A DNA stretch of 64,000 bases from an uncultured Candidatus Rokubacteria bacterium (GCA_963762145.1 CAVXJS010000007.1:224001-288000), one strand, 5' to 3'. Shown: positions 36,909 to 51,200, numbered from the stretch's first letter. The notes: generated by a model not told the origin, from the letters alone. A program made the numbers and translations.

Positions 36909-38654
36909 ATGGCCGCCGATCTCGTCGTCGACTCCCTCGACACCGACATCCTCGTGCTCGGCGCGGGCGGCGCGGGCCTCTGCGCCGCGCTCCACGCCGC
37001 GGACCGCGCGCCCCGGCTCACCGTGACGGTGGCGGTCAAGGGGCTGCTCGGCCGCGCCGGCTGCACCCGCATGGTGCAGGGTGGCTACAACGCGGTCCTC
37101 GCGGCTCCCGACTCGCTCGACGCGCACCTGCTCGACACCCTGCAGGGCGGGGCGTGGATCAACGATCAGGAGCTGGTGTGGACCCTGGTCCACGAGGCGC
37201 CCGGCCGCGTGCTCGAGCTGGAAGCCCGCTACGGCTGCTTCTTCGACCGCCATCCCGACGGGCGGATCCACCAGAAGCCCTTCGCGGGGCAGAGCCACGA
37301 CCGCACCATCCACAAGGGAGACCTCACCGGCATCGAGATCATGAACCGCCTGACCGAGCAGGTCTGGCGGCGCCCGTCCATCCGCCCGCTCGAGGAGCAC
37401 CGCGCGGTGGAGCTGCTGCGCGCCGACGGGGGCCACGTGGGCGGGGTGCTGCTGCTCGACGTGCGCCGCGGCACCTTCCTGGTGGTGCGCAGCCGCGCCA
37501 TCCTGCTCGCGATGGGCGGCGGGCCGACCATGTACAAGGTCATCGCGTGCTCGGCCGACAAGTCCTCCGACGGCATCGCGCTCGGCCTGCGCGCGGGCGT
37601 GCGGCTGCGCGACATGGAGATGGTGCAGTTCCACCCGACCGGGCTCATCGTGCCCAACTCGCTCATGACCGGGGCGCTCCTCGAGGAGGGCCTGCGTGGA
37701 GCGGGCGGCCGCCTGCTGAACGGCCGCGGCGAGCGATTCATGCAGCGCTACGACGCCACGCGCCTCGAGCGGTCCACCCGCGACCTGGTGGCGCGCGCCT
37801 GCCACACCGAGGTGCTGGAGGGCCGCGGCACCGCCAACGGCGGCGTGTGGATCGACGTGTCGCACCTGGGCGCCGAGGTGGTCGAGAAGAGCTTCCGGGG
37901 CATGGTGCGTCGCTGCCGCGACTTCGGCCGCGACCTCGCGCGCGAGCCGGTCGAGGTGGGGCCGACCGCCCACTTCATGATGGGCGGCATCGTGATCGAC
38001 CGCGCCTGCCGCACCGACGTGGAGGGTCTCTTCGCGGCCGGCGAGGACACCGGCGGCGTGCACGGGGCCAACCGGCTCGGCGGCAACGGCGTCGCGGAGT
38101 CCACCGTGTTCGGCGGGATCGCGGGCGACGTGATGGCGGACTGGGTGGTCGGCCGCCCGCTGCCGCAGCTCTCGCGCGCCCACGTGGACGCCGCGGTGGC
38201 GGCCACCACCGCGCCGCTCGAGCGCAGCGAGGGCAGCGAGAGCCTCTACGCGCTGCAGGCGCGGCTCCGGCAGGTCATGTGGGACCACGTGGGGCTGATC
38301 CGCGCGGGCGAGGGCCTCAGGCTGGCGCTGGCCGAGATCGAGGACATCTCGGGCCGCCTCGAGAGCGTCGCGGTGCGGGGCGGCGGGGCCTACAACCTCG
38401 CGTGGCAGGACTGGATCAACCTCCAGAACCAGGCCACCGCCTCGTGGCTCATCGCCCGCAGCGCGCTCGAGCGCACCGAGAGCCGCGGCTCGCACTTCCG
38501 GCGCGACTTCCCCGACACCGCGAGTGAGCCGGTGGCCGTGCTCGCCGGCTTCGCGGACGGCTCGGGCCCGAAGGTGTGGACCGAGCCGGTGCGCTACACG
38601 CGGCTCAAGCCGGATGCCGCGCGCCGGCCCACCACGGTGGACATCGGGGACTGA
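36909..38654 (+). CDS. SdhA/FrdA/TfrA-superfamily flavoprotein (non-canonical)
   Basis: GAGGAG, GCTRMVQGGYNA, QFHPTG, TRDLVAR, AHFMMGG and HGANRLGGN. Confidence 0.85.
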   Translation: MAADLVVDSLDTDILVLGAGGAGLCAALHAADRAPRLTVTVAVKGLLGRAGCTRMVQGGYNAVLAAPDSLDAHLLDTLQGGAWINDQELVWTLVHEAPGRVLELEARYGCFFDRHPDGRIHQKPFAGQSHDRTIHKGDLTGIEIMNRLTEQVWRRPSIRPLEEHRAVELLRADGGHVGGVLLLDVRRGTFLVVRSRAILLAMGGGPTMYKVIACSADKSSDGIALGLRAGVRLRDMEMVQFHPTGLIVPNSLMTGALLEEGLRGAGGRLLNGRGERFMQRYDATRLERSTRDLVARACHTEVLEGRGTANGGVWIDVSHLGAEVVEKSFRGMVRRCRDFGRDLAREPVEVGPTAHFMMGGIVIDRACRTDVEGLFAAGEDTGGVHGANRLGGNGVAESTVFGGIAGDVMADWVVGRPLPQLSRAHVDAAVAATTAPLERSEGSESLYALQARLRQVMWDHVGLIRAGEGLRLALAEIEDISGRLESVAVRGGGAYNLAWQDWINLQNQATASWLIARSALERTESRGSHFRRDFPDTASEPVAVLAGFADGSGPKVWTEPVRYTRLKPDAARRPTTVDIGD

Positions 38655-38983
38655 TGCCGAAGCGCCCCCGGCGGATCCTGCGGCGCCGGTGGGCCACCAC
38701 CGAGGGCTGGCGCGGCACGCGGGCCGGGATGTGGGCCTGGCTGGTGCAGCGCACCGCCGCGGTCGCCCTCCTCGGGGTGATCGTGCTCCACGTGCGCACG
38801 CCGTACTGGCGCGCGGTGCAGGGGGTGCTGCTGGCCCTCGTGCTCGTGCACGGACTGCTCGGCGCGCGGGCGATCCTTCTCGACTTCGGCCTGCCGGTGC
38901 GCTGGCACCGGCTGCTCCTCGTGATCGCGATCGCGCTGGCCGTGCTCATCTTCGCCGCGGTCTGGGGGTGGCGATGGTCCTGA
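38654..38983 (+). CDS. small SdhC/D-like membrane anchor
   Basis: TGATG overlap; three TMs with WAWLVQRTAAV, a His in IVLHV, and HGLLGARAILLD. Confidence 0.75.
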   Translation: MPKRPRRILRRRWATTEGWRGTRAGMWAWLVQRTAAVALLGVIVLHVRTPYWRAVQGVLLALVLVHGLLGARAILLDFGLPVRWHRLLLVIAIALAVLIFAAVWGWRWS

Positions 38984-39669
38984 AGGTCTTCCGCTGGTCT
39001 CCCGGCTTCCGGGAGCGGATCCAGCGTTTCTGGGTTCCCGCCCGGGAGGGCATGACGGTGCTCGACGCGCTGGTGGACGCCCAGCGCCGGCTCGATCCGA
39101 CGCTGGCCTTCCGCTATGCCTGCCGCGTCGGCATGTGCGGCTCGTGCGGCATGGTCATCAACGGACGCGAGCGCTGGGCCTGCCGCACCCTGCTCAAGAG
39201 TCTCAAGACCCGAATCGTGACCGTGCGTCCGCTCTACCATTTCCCGCTCGTCCGCGACCTGGTCGTCGACCTGGCGCCGCTCGCGGAGCAGGCCGCGCGG
39301 GTGGGCGCGACCTTCGTGCCGAAGGAGGAGCCGGCCGCCTTCGCCCCGATCGGCGGGCAGGCGCCGGAGCGCCAGGGGATCGATCCCGCGATCGAGTGCA
39401 TCGGCTGCGGCATGTGCGTCTCGGCATGCACCATGGTGGCGAACGACGAGCGCTTCCCGGGCCCCGCGGCGCTGAACCGCCTCTTCACGGTGGACACGGA
39501 CAGCCGCGACGCCGGCCAGGCCGACCGCGCGGCGGTGCTGGTCTCGGAAGACACGCTCATGCGCTGCCACAGCCAGGCGAACTGCACCGACGTCTGCCCG
39601 ATGGAGATCTCGCCGACCGAGTCCATCCTGGCGCTGCGGCGCCGCGCGGTGCGCGGCCTGCTCGGCTGA
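38974..39669 (+). CDS. SdhB/FrdB-like iron-sulfur subunit
   Basis: CRVGMCGSC, CIGCGMCVSAC and CHSQANCTDVCP. Confidence 0.88.
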   Translation: MVLKVFRWSPGFRERIQRFWVPAREGMTVLDALVDAQRRLDPTLAFRYACRVGMCGSCGMVINGRERWACRTLLKSLKTRIVTVRPLYHFPLVRDLVVDLAPLAEQAARVGATFVPKEEPAAFAPIGGQAPERQGIDPAIECIGCGMCVSACTMVANDERFPGPAALNRLFTVDTDSRDAGQADRAAVLVSEDTLMRCHSQANCTDVCPMEISPTESILALRRRAVRGLLG

Positions 39670-39681
39670 CCGCGCGGGACG

Positions 39682-40112
39682 GTGAGCCGCCGCGGGCTGC
39701 CTCTTCTGCCGCATCGCGCGCTCGGAAGAGCCGGGCGCCCTCGTGCTCGAGACGCGCGCGGTGGCCGCGTTCCTCGATCACCGGCCGCTGTTCCCCGGCC
39801 ACTGCCTCGTGATCCCGCGCGAGCACGTGGAGACGCATCGTCGACCTGCCCGCCGCGCTGACCGCGCCGCTCTGGGACGCGGTGCGCGCGGTCGCGCGCG
39901 CGGTGGAGGAGGCGCAGGGCGCCGACGGCTCCTTCGTGGCGGTCAACAACCGGGTGAGCCAGAGCGTGCCGCACCTGCACGTGCACGTGGTGCCGCGGCG
40001 GCGGGGCGACGGCCTCCGCGGCTTCTTCTGGCCGCGGGGGCGCTACGGCTCCACGGAGGAGATGGAGGAGACGCGCCGGCGCATCGCGGCCGCGGTGGCG
40101 TCGGCCCCGTGA
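39682..40112 (+). CDS. HIT family nucleotide hydrolase; indels
   Basis: CLFCRI, AFLDHRPLFPGHCLVIP and SQSVPHLHVHVVPR. Confidence 0.85.
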
Positions 40113-40116
40113 GGGC

Positions 40117-41913
40117 TCACGCGTCCGCGCGCAGGCGCGCGGGGCGCCCCGCCTGGGACAGGTTGCAGGCGCTGTTGACGAGGGCGATGTGGGAGAGGGC
40201 CTGGGGGAAGTTGCCGAGCTGGCGGCGGGCTCGGGGATCGTACTGCTCGGCGAGCAGCCCCACGTCGTTGCGCAGCGCGAGCAGCCGCTCGTAGAGCCGG
40301 CGCGCCTCGTCGCCGCGCCCGAGCAGGACCAGGTTGTCCACCAGCCAGAACGAGCAGGCGAGGAAGAGCGCCCTCGCCCGGCGGGAGGCCATCCACGCCG
40401 GACTCGGTCGGGTAGCGCTGGACGAGCCCGTCCACGAGGAGCTCCCGCTCGATCGCGGCCACCGTCCCGCGCACCCGCGGATCCTCGGCGGGCAGGAAGC
40501 CCACGAGCGGGATCATGAGGAGGCTCGCGTCGAGCTCGGACGCGCCGTAGGACTGCACGAACGCGTTGCGGCCCGGATCGAAGCCGCGCCGGCAGACGTC
40601 CTCGTGAATCGCGGCCCGGAGCGCGCGCCACCGATCCGTCGGGGCCCGCCCGGGGGCCGTCTCGCCCAGCTTCACCATCCGGTCGGCGGCCACCCACGCC
40701 ATCACCTTGGAGTGGGTGAAGTGCCGGCGCGGGCCGCGCACCTCCCAGATGCCCTCGTCCGGCTCCGTCCACACCGATTCGAGGTGCCGCATGAGCGTGT
40801 TGATGCACGCGCCAGTCGTCTCCATCCGGCGCGAGCCCGGCCCGGGCGCCCGCGTAGGTCGCGTCGAGCATCTCGCCCCAGACGTCCAGTTGAAACTGAG
40901 CATGGGCCGCGTTGCCCACGCGCACCGGGGCGGAGCCCTCGTACCCGGGCAGCCACGGCAGCTCGAGCTCGGTGAGTCGCCGCTCGCCCCCGAGGCCGTA
41001 CATGATCTGGAGCTGGGCGGGCGTGCCCGCGAGGGCGCGGAGCAGCCACTGCCGCCAGGCGCGCGCCTCGTCGAGATAGCCGCCCAGGATCAACGCGTAG
41101 AGCGCGAAGGTCGCGTCCCGGACCCAGCACAGGCGGTAGTCCCAGTTGCGCACGCCGCCCAGCCGCTCGGGCAGCGAGGTGGTCGGCGCGGCGACGATGC
41201 CGCCGGTGGGCTCGTAGATCATGGCCTTGATCGTGATGAGGGAGCGCAGCACCGCGTCGCGGTCGGGGCCCTCGTAGGTGCAGCGCCCGGCCCACTCGTC
41301 GCCACCACGCCTCGGTCTCCGCGATGGCGCGGTCGCGGCTCGACCGGCGCCGGCGGCGGCAGGTGCGACGGATGCCAGGCCATCGACAGCGAGCGCGTGC
41401 TCGCCGGCCGCGACGGTGAAGTCGGCGACGGTGGTGAGCCCTTCGCCGTGGAGCGGCACGTCGGTGGTGAGGAGGAGCGCGTCGGGCCCCGCCACCGCCC
41501 GGATGCCCCGGGCCGAGCGGCGGACCCAGGGCACCACCGAGCCGTAGTCCATGCGAATCACGAGCTCCATGCGCATGGCGACCGTGCCCCGGACGCCCTG
41601 GACCTGGCGCACGACCACCGGCGGCCCGGCGCGCTGGGGCATGCAGTCCACGACGGTGGCGGCTCCGGTGTCCGTCTCGAAGGTGGTCTCCAGGATGAGC
41701 GTGTCGTCGCGGTATCGGCGCTGCGCCGCGCGCGCCCCCGTCGCGCGGCGCGAGCCTCCAGCGCCCGTGCTCGGGCCCGCCCAGCAGCGCGGCCAGGCAC
41801 GCCGGGGAGTCGAAACGGGGCAGACAGAGCCAATCGATGGAACCGGCGCGAGAGATCAGCGCCGCGGTCTCGCCGTCGCCGATCAGCGCATAGTCTTCGA
41901 TGGGGTCGGACAT
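40117..41913 (-). CDS. glycoside hydrolase family 15 (trehalase/glucoamylase-like); multiple indels
   Basis: [45 protein letters not shown] and GNFPQALSH. Confidence 0.88.
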
Positions 41914-41933
41914 GGGCGAGTGGGGGCTGTTCC

Positions 41934-41962
41934 TTGACCAGCCCGGGACGTCATGTTAGCGT
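41934..41962 (+). promoter_or_regulatory. sigma70 promoter of the TCA operon
   Basis: TTGACC, 17-bp spacer with TGn, TAGCGT; followed by a 5'-UTR hairpin at 41982-42013 and a GAGGAGG RBS. Confidence 0.55.
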
Positions 41963-42047
41963 AAGTACGGATTTTATCTAGTCGCCTCCCGCCTCTCACC
42001 AGGTGGGAGGCGATACGTGTGTGTACCGCCGGTCGAGGAGGCCCACC

Positions 42048-46530
<4,483 letters not shown>

Positions 46531-46571
46531 CCCCTTCTCCCTCTCCCCGGGGGGAGAGGCAGGGTGAGGGG
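46531..46571. repeat. REP-like palindrome (CCCTCACCC..CCTCTCCC..GGGAGAGG family), single copy
   Basis: cctctcccc-gg-ggggagagg hairpin followed by agggtgagggg; its reverse complement matches the element at 47921. Confidence 0.75.
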
Positions 46572-46586
46572 TGGTTGGAGGCAGAG

Positions 46587-47060
46587 ATGGCGAAGGCGAT
46601 TCCGGACGGGTACCACACCGTGACCGCGGCCCTGACCGTCAAGGACGGCGCCGCGGCGATCGAGTTCTATCAGAAGGCCTTCGGCGCGCGCGAGATCATG
46701 CGCGTGAACGGCCCCGAAGGCAAGATCATGCACGCCGAGATCCAGGTCGGCGATTCCCGCGTCATGCTGGCCGACGAGAGCCCGGGGATGGGTTGCGTTG
46801 CGCCGGTCTCGGTGGGGCAGACCACCGGCTCGCTCTACCTGTACGTACCCGACGTGGACGCCGCCTTCAAGCGCGCGGTGGGGGCGGGCGCCAAGGTGGC
46901 CATGCCGGTCACCGACATGTTCTGGGGCGACCGCTTCGGCGCGGTCGACGATCCCTCCGGCCACCGCTGGGGGCTCGCCACCCACGTCGAGGATCCGAGC
47001 CCCGAGCAGATGGCGCAGCGGCAGAAGGAGTTCTTCGCCTCGATGGCCAGCAAGAAGTAG
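46587..47060 (+). CDS. VOC/glyoxalase (PhnB-like) family protein
   Basis: IPDGYHTVT, AIEFYQKAFGA, MHAEIQVGDS and DMFWGDRFG..DPSGHRW. Confidence 0.9.
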   Translation: MAKAIPDGYHTVTAALTVKDGAAAIEFYQKAFGAREIMRVNGPEGKIMHAEIQVGDSRVMLADESPGMGCVAPVSVGQTTGSLYLYVPDVDAAFKRAVGAGAKVAMPVTDMFWGDRFGAVDDPSGHRWGLATHVEDPSPEQMAQRQKEFFASMASKK

Positions 47061-47064
47061 CCGG

Positions 47065-47907
47065 ATGCGCGAGATCCACGTCTCCTCCATCGTCGACGCG
47101 GTCAAGAAGCTCTGCATGGAGGCGAACTACTCCCTCGAGCCCGACATGCTGCGGGCCTTCGCGGGCGCGCTCCAGACCGAGCGCTCGCCGGCCGGGCGTC
47201 AGGTCCTCCAGATCCTCCAGCAGAACGCGGAGCTGGCCCGCACCAAGAAGATCCCCTACTGCCAGGATACCGGCTTCGTGGTCTGCTTCATCGAGCTGGG
47301 GCAGGACGTGCATGTCACCGGGGGCGGGCTCTACGATGCGATCAACGAGGGGGTGCGGCAGGGCTACAAGGAAGGCTACCTCCGCGCCTCCATCGTGCGG
47401 TCGCCCTTCGACCGGGTGAACACCGGCGACAACACGCCGGCGGTGATCCATCTCGACGTGGTGGCGGGCAGCGCGCTCCACATCCAGATCATGGCCAAGG
47501 GCGGCGGCTGCGAGAACCGCTCGAAGTACAAGATGCTCACGCCCGCGGAGGGCGTGGACGGCGTCAAGGAGTGGATCCTCGAGTGCATCCGCACCGCGGG
47601 CCCCGACGCGTGCCCGCCGCTCATCGCGGGGGTCGGCGTGGGCGGCACCTTCGAGCAGGCGGCGCGGCTCAGCAAGAAGGCGCTCTTCCGCGAGCTGGGC
47701 GCTCCCAGTCCGGATCCGGCGGTCGCGGCGATCGAGAAGGAAGTCCTCGAGCGCGCCAACCGGCTCGGCATCGGGCCGCAGGGCTACGGCGGCGACACCA
47801 CCGCGTTCGGCATCCACATCCTCACGTATCCCTGCCACATCACGAGCCTCCCGGTGGCGGTCACCATCGAGTGCCACGCGCATCGCCACAAGGAGGCCTC
47901 GCTATGA
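47065..47907 (+). CDS. Fe-S fumarate hydratase (class I) alpha subunit
   Basis: PYCQDTG, NTGDNTP, KGGGCEN, ACPP and CHAHRH. Confidence 0.9.
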   Translation: MREIHVSSIVDAVKKLCMEANYSLEPDMLRAFAGALQTERSPAGRQVLQILQQNAELARTKKIPYCQDTGFVVCFIELGQDVHVTGGGLYDAINEGVRQGYKEGYLRASIVRSPFDRVNTGDNTPAVIHLDVVAGSALHIQIMAKGGGCENRSKYKMLTPAEGVDGVKEWILECIRTAGPDACPPLIAGVGVGGTFEQAARLSKKALFRELGAPSPDPAVAAIEKEVLERANRLGIGPQGYGGDTTAFGIHILTYPCHITSLPVAVTIECHAHRHKEASL

Positions 47908-48008
47908 GGGTGAACAACGCCCCCTCACCCTGCCCTCTCCCCCTCCGGGGGCGAGGGTTCGAGGCTCCTTCTCCCCTTTGGGGAGAGGGCTGGGGTGAGG
48001 GGCGATGA
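47904..48008 (+). other. 34-codon mini-ORF spanning an inverted REP doublet, with ATGA overlaps to both neighbours
   Basis: MRVNNAPSPCPLPLRGRGFEAPSPLWGEGWGEGR*; AGGAGG at 47891-47896; ATGA at 47904-47907 and 48005-48008. Confidence 0.5.
47918..48004. repeat. inverted REP-like doublet
   Basis: cccctcaccc...ccctctccccc and ctcccctttggggagaggg...gggtgagggg. Confidence 0.8.
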
Positions 48009-48583
48009 TCTCGACCGGCGCTGACGGGATCAAGGACGTCACCCCGCCGCTCAGCGACGAGGACGTCCTATCGCTGAAGGCGGGCGATCGGGTGCGCATC
48101 ACCGGCGTCATGTACACCGCGCGCGACGCGGCCCACGCGCGGCTGCTGCCGCTCATCGACGCGGGCCAGCCGCTGCCGATCGACGTGCGGGGTCAGATCA
48201 TCTACTACACCGGGCCCTCGCCCGCGCGGCCCGGCGACGTGGTGGGCTCCATCGGCCCCACCACCGGCGGGCGCATGGACAAGTTCACCCCGAAGCTCCT
48301 GGCCCTGGGCCTCAAGGGCACGCTCGGCAAGGGGGCGCGCTCCCAGCCGGTCAAGGACGCGCTCCGCCAGCACAAGGGCGTCTACTTCGGGGCCATCGGC
48401 GGCGCGGGCGCGGTGCTCTCGGGCTTCGTGAAGAAGCTCGAGACCGTGGCCTACGAGGATCTGGGCACCGAGGCCATCCGACGCCTCGAGGTCGCGGGGT
48501 TTCCCGCCATCGTGGTCAACGACTGCCACGGCGGCGATCTCTATCAGGACGGCATGAAGGCCTACGCGAGGGAGAACGCATGA
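48005..48583 (+). CDS. Fe-S fumarate hydratase beta subunit
   Basis: YTARDAAH, GPTTGGRMD, GKG and DLGTEAI. Confidence 0.9.
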   Translation: MISTGADGIKDVTPPLSDEDVLSLKAGDRVRITGVMYTARDAAHARLLPLIDAGQPLPIDVRGQIIYYTGPSPARPGDVVGSIGPTTGGRMDKFTPKLLALGLKGTLGKGARSQPVKDALRQHKGVYFGAIGGAGAVLSGFVKKLETVAYEDLGTEAIRRLEVAGFPAIVVNDCHGGDLYQDGMKAYARENA

Positions 48584-49398
48584 ACGGCGCAACGGCGCAG
48601 AGGCAGGGCGGGCGGATCCTCGGGGAGGCGCGGCCGCCGATCGCGGCGGCGCATCTGCGGACGGATTCGTGGTGGGTGCTGCCGCTCACGGTGGTGGTGG
48701 TCCTGCTGTCCTTCATCATCTACTCCACGTGGGCCGCGTTCCAGAACGCCCACTACTTCGCCGACCCGTACCTCTCGCCCTTCTACTCGCCCTGCCTCAC
48801 CAAGTCGTGCCTGCACCAGAGCTTCTGGTGGGCCCTGCCCGACATCTCGCTCCCGATCATGGGGCTGGTGTCGCCCGCGTTCCTCATCCTGGCCGGGCCG
48901 GGACTCTTCCGCCTGAGCTGCTACTACTACCGCAAGGCCTACTACCGCTCCTTCTGGCTGGCGCCGCCGGCCTGCGCGGTGCGGGATGCCAAGGCGGGAT
49001 ACACCGGCGAGACGCGCTTCCCGCTCTTCCTCCAGAACTTCCACCGCTACGCCTGGTACGTGGCGGTGCTGTTCATCGTGATGCTGACCTGGGACGCCAT
49101 CCTCGCGTTCCGGTTCAAGGACGGCTTCGGGATCGGCGTCGGGACCATCGTGATGTGGATCAACGTGCTGTTCCTGGCCGGCTACACGTTCTCCTGCCAC
49201 TCCTGCCGGCACGTGTGCGGCGGGGCGGTCGACGTGTTCTCCAAGGCTCCGGTGCGCTTCAGCCTGTGGCGCGGGATCACCCGGCTCAACGAGAAGCACC
49301 CGATGTTCGCCTGGCTGTCCCTCTTCAGCGTGGGCCTGACGGATGTCTACATCCGCCTCGTCTCCATGGGGATCATCCGCGACTGGAGGATCATCTGA
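48580..49398 (+). CDS. succinate dehydrogenase membrane anchor (actinobacterial Sdh1-type)
   Basis: HLRTDSWW, YLSPFYSPC, FRLSCYYYRKAYYRSFW, QNFHRY and SCHSCRH. Confidence 0.8.
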   Translation: MNGATAQRQGGRILGEARPPIAAAHLRTDSWWVLPLTVVVVLLSFIIYSTWAAFQNAHYFADPYLSPFYSPCLTKSCLHQSFWWALPDISLPIMGLVSPAFLILAGPGLFRLSCYYYRKAYYRSFWLAPPACAVRDAKAGYTGETRFPLFLQNFHRYAWYVAVLFIVMLTWDAILAFRFKDGFGIGVGTIVMWINVLFLAGYTFSCHSCRHVCGGAVDVFSKAPVRFSLWRGITRLNEKHPMFAWLSLFSVGLTDVYIRLVSMGIIRDWRII

Positions 49399-51200
49399 TG
49401 GCGACCGTGGAGTACGAGACACACGAGCACGACGTCCTGGTCATCGGAGCGGGCGGCGCCGGTCTGCGCGCGGCCATCGAGGCGGCGAGCCAGGGCGTGT
49501 CGGTGGGCCTGGTCTGCAAGTCGCTCCTCGGCAAGGCCCACACCGTCATGGCCGAGGGCGGCATCGCGGCCGCGATGGGCAACGTGTGGCCGGAGGACAA
49601 CTGGCAGGTGCACTTCCGCGACACCATGCGCGGCGGCAAGATGCTCAACAACTGGCGCATGGCCCAGCTCCACGCGCAGGAGAGCCCCGAGCGCGTGCTG
49701 GAGCTGGAGCGCTACGGGGCCCTCTTCGATCGCACCAAGGACGGCCTGATCTCCCAGCGGGACTTCGGCGGCCATCGCTACGCGCGGCTGGCCCACGTGG
49801 GCGACCGCACCGGCCTCGAGATGATCCGCACGCTCCAGTACCACGCGATCCACCAGCCGATCGACGTGTACATGGAGTGCAAGATCGAGCGGCTGATCAA
49901 GGACGGCGAGCGGGTGGCCGGAGCCTTCGGCTACTGGCGCAACACCGGCCAGTTCGTGCTCTTCAAGGCCAAGGCGGTCGTGCTGGCCACCGGCGGCATC
50001 GGCAAGGCCTGGAAGTACACCTCGAACTCCTGGGAGTACAGCGGCGACGGGCACTCGCTGGCGTTCTGGGCCGGCGCGGACCTGATCGACATGGAGTTCG
50101 TCCAGTTCCATCCCACCGGGATGGTGTGGCCCCCGTCGGTGCGCGGCATCCTTGTGACGGAGAGCGTGCGCGGCGACGGCGGCACGCTGAAGAACACCGC
50201 GGGGGAGCGCTTCATGTTCAACTACATCCCCGAGTTCTTCAAGGGCGAGACCGCGGACAACCAGGAGGAAGCCGACCGCTGGTACCAGGACAAGAAGAAC
50301 AACCGGCGGACCCCGGACCTCCTGCCCCGTGACGAGGTCGCGCGGGCCATCAACTCCGAGGTGAAGGCCGGCCGCGGCACCGTGCACGGCGGCGTGTTCC
50401 TCGATATCTGCACCCGACGGCCCGCCGACTACATCCGCAAGCGCTTGCCCTCGATGTACCACCAGTTCAAGGAGCTGGCCGGGGTCGACATCACCAAGGA
50501 GGCGATGGAGGTGGGCCCGACCATGCACTACGTCATGGGCGGGGTGCGGGTGGACGCCGATTCCACCGCGGCCACCGTCCCCGGCCTCTTCGCGGCCGGC
50601 GAGGTGGCGGGCGGGCTCCACGGCAGCAACCGGCTCGGCGGCAACTCCCTGGGCGACCTGCTGGTGTTCGGGCGGCGGGCGGGGCTGCACGCCGCGCTCT
50701 ACTGCAAGAACCTGGGCGGGCGGCTCACGGTGGACGCGGGACAGGTGGAGTCGATCGCGCGCACCATGCTCGAGCCCTTCACCCGCTCGGGCGGCGAGAA
50801 CCCGTACACGATCCAGGCCGACCTGCAGGACACCATGCACGAGCTGGTCGGCATCATCCGGGTCGAGAACGAGCTAAAGGAAGCGCTCAAGAAGCTCGAG
50901 GCGCTCAAGCAGCGGGCGGCCAAGGTCCGCGTCGAGGGCGGCCGGATCTACAACCCGGGCTGGCACCTGGCGCTCGACCTGACCTCCCTCCTGACCGTCT
51001 CGGAGTGCTGCGCGCTCGCCGCGCTGGAGCGCAAGGAGAGCCGCGGCGGCCATACTCGCGAGGACCATCCGTACACCGACGACACCTGGGGGACGGTCAA
51101 CCTCGTCTCCCGCCAGCAGGGCGACCGGGTGGACCTGCGGCGTGAGCCGCTGCCCCAGATGCCCCCCGAGCTGAAGGCTCTCTTCCAGGAGCGGAAGTGA
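49398..51200 (+). CDS. sdhA: succinate dehydrogenase/fumarate reductase flavoprotein
   Basis: GKAHTVMAEGG (covalent-FAD His), QFHPTG, LVTESVRG, PRDEVAR, HYVMGG and HGSNRLGGNS. Confidence 0.93.
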   Translation: MATVEYETHEHDVLVIGAGGAGLRAAIEAASQGVSVGLVCKSLLGKAHTVMAEGGIAAAMGNVWPEDNWQVHFRDTMRGGKMLNNWRMAQLHAQESPERVLELERYGALFDRTKDGLISQRDFGGHRYARLAHVGDRTGLEMIRTLQYHAIHQPIDVYMECKIERLIKDGERVAGAFGYWRNTGQFVLFKAKAVVLATGGIGKAWKYTSNSWEYSGDGHSLAFWAGADLIDMEFVQFHPTGMVWPPSVRGILVTESVRGDGGTLKNTAGERFMFNYIPEFFKGETADNQEEADRWYQDKKNNRRTPDLLPRDEVARAINSEVKAGRGTVHGGVFLDICTRRPADYIRKRLPSMYHQFKELAGVDITKEAMEVGPTMHYVMGGVRVDADSTAATVPGLFAAGEVAGGLHGSNRLGGNSLGDLLVFGRRAGLHAALYCKNLGGRLTVDAGQVESIARTMLEPFTRSGGENPYTIQADLQDTMHELVGIIRVENELKEALKKLEALKQRAAKVRVEGGRIYNPGWHLALDLTSLLTVSECCALAALERKESRGGHTREDHPYTDDTWGTVNLVSRQQGDRVDLRREPLPQMPPELKALFQERK

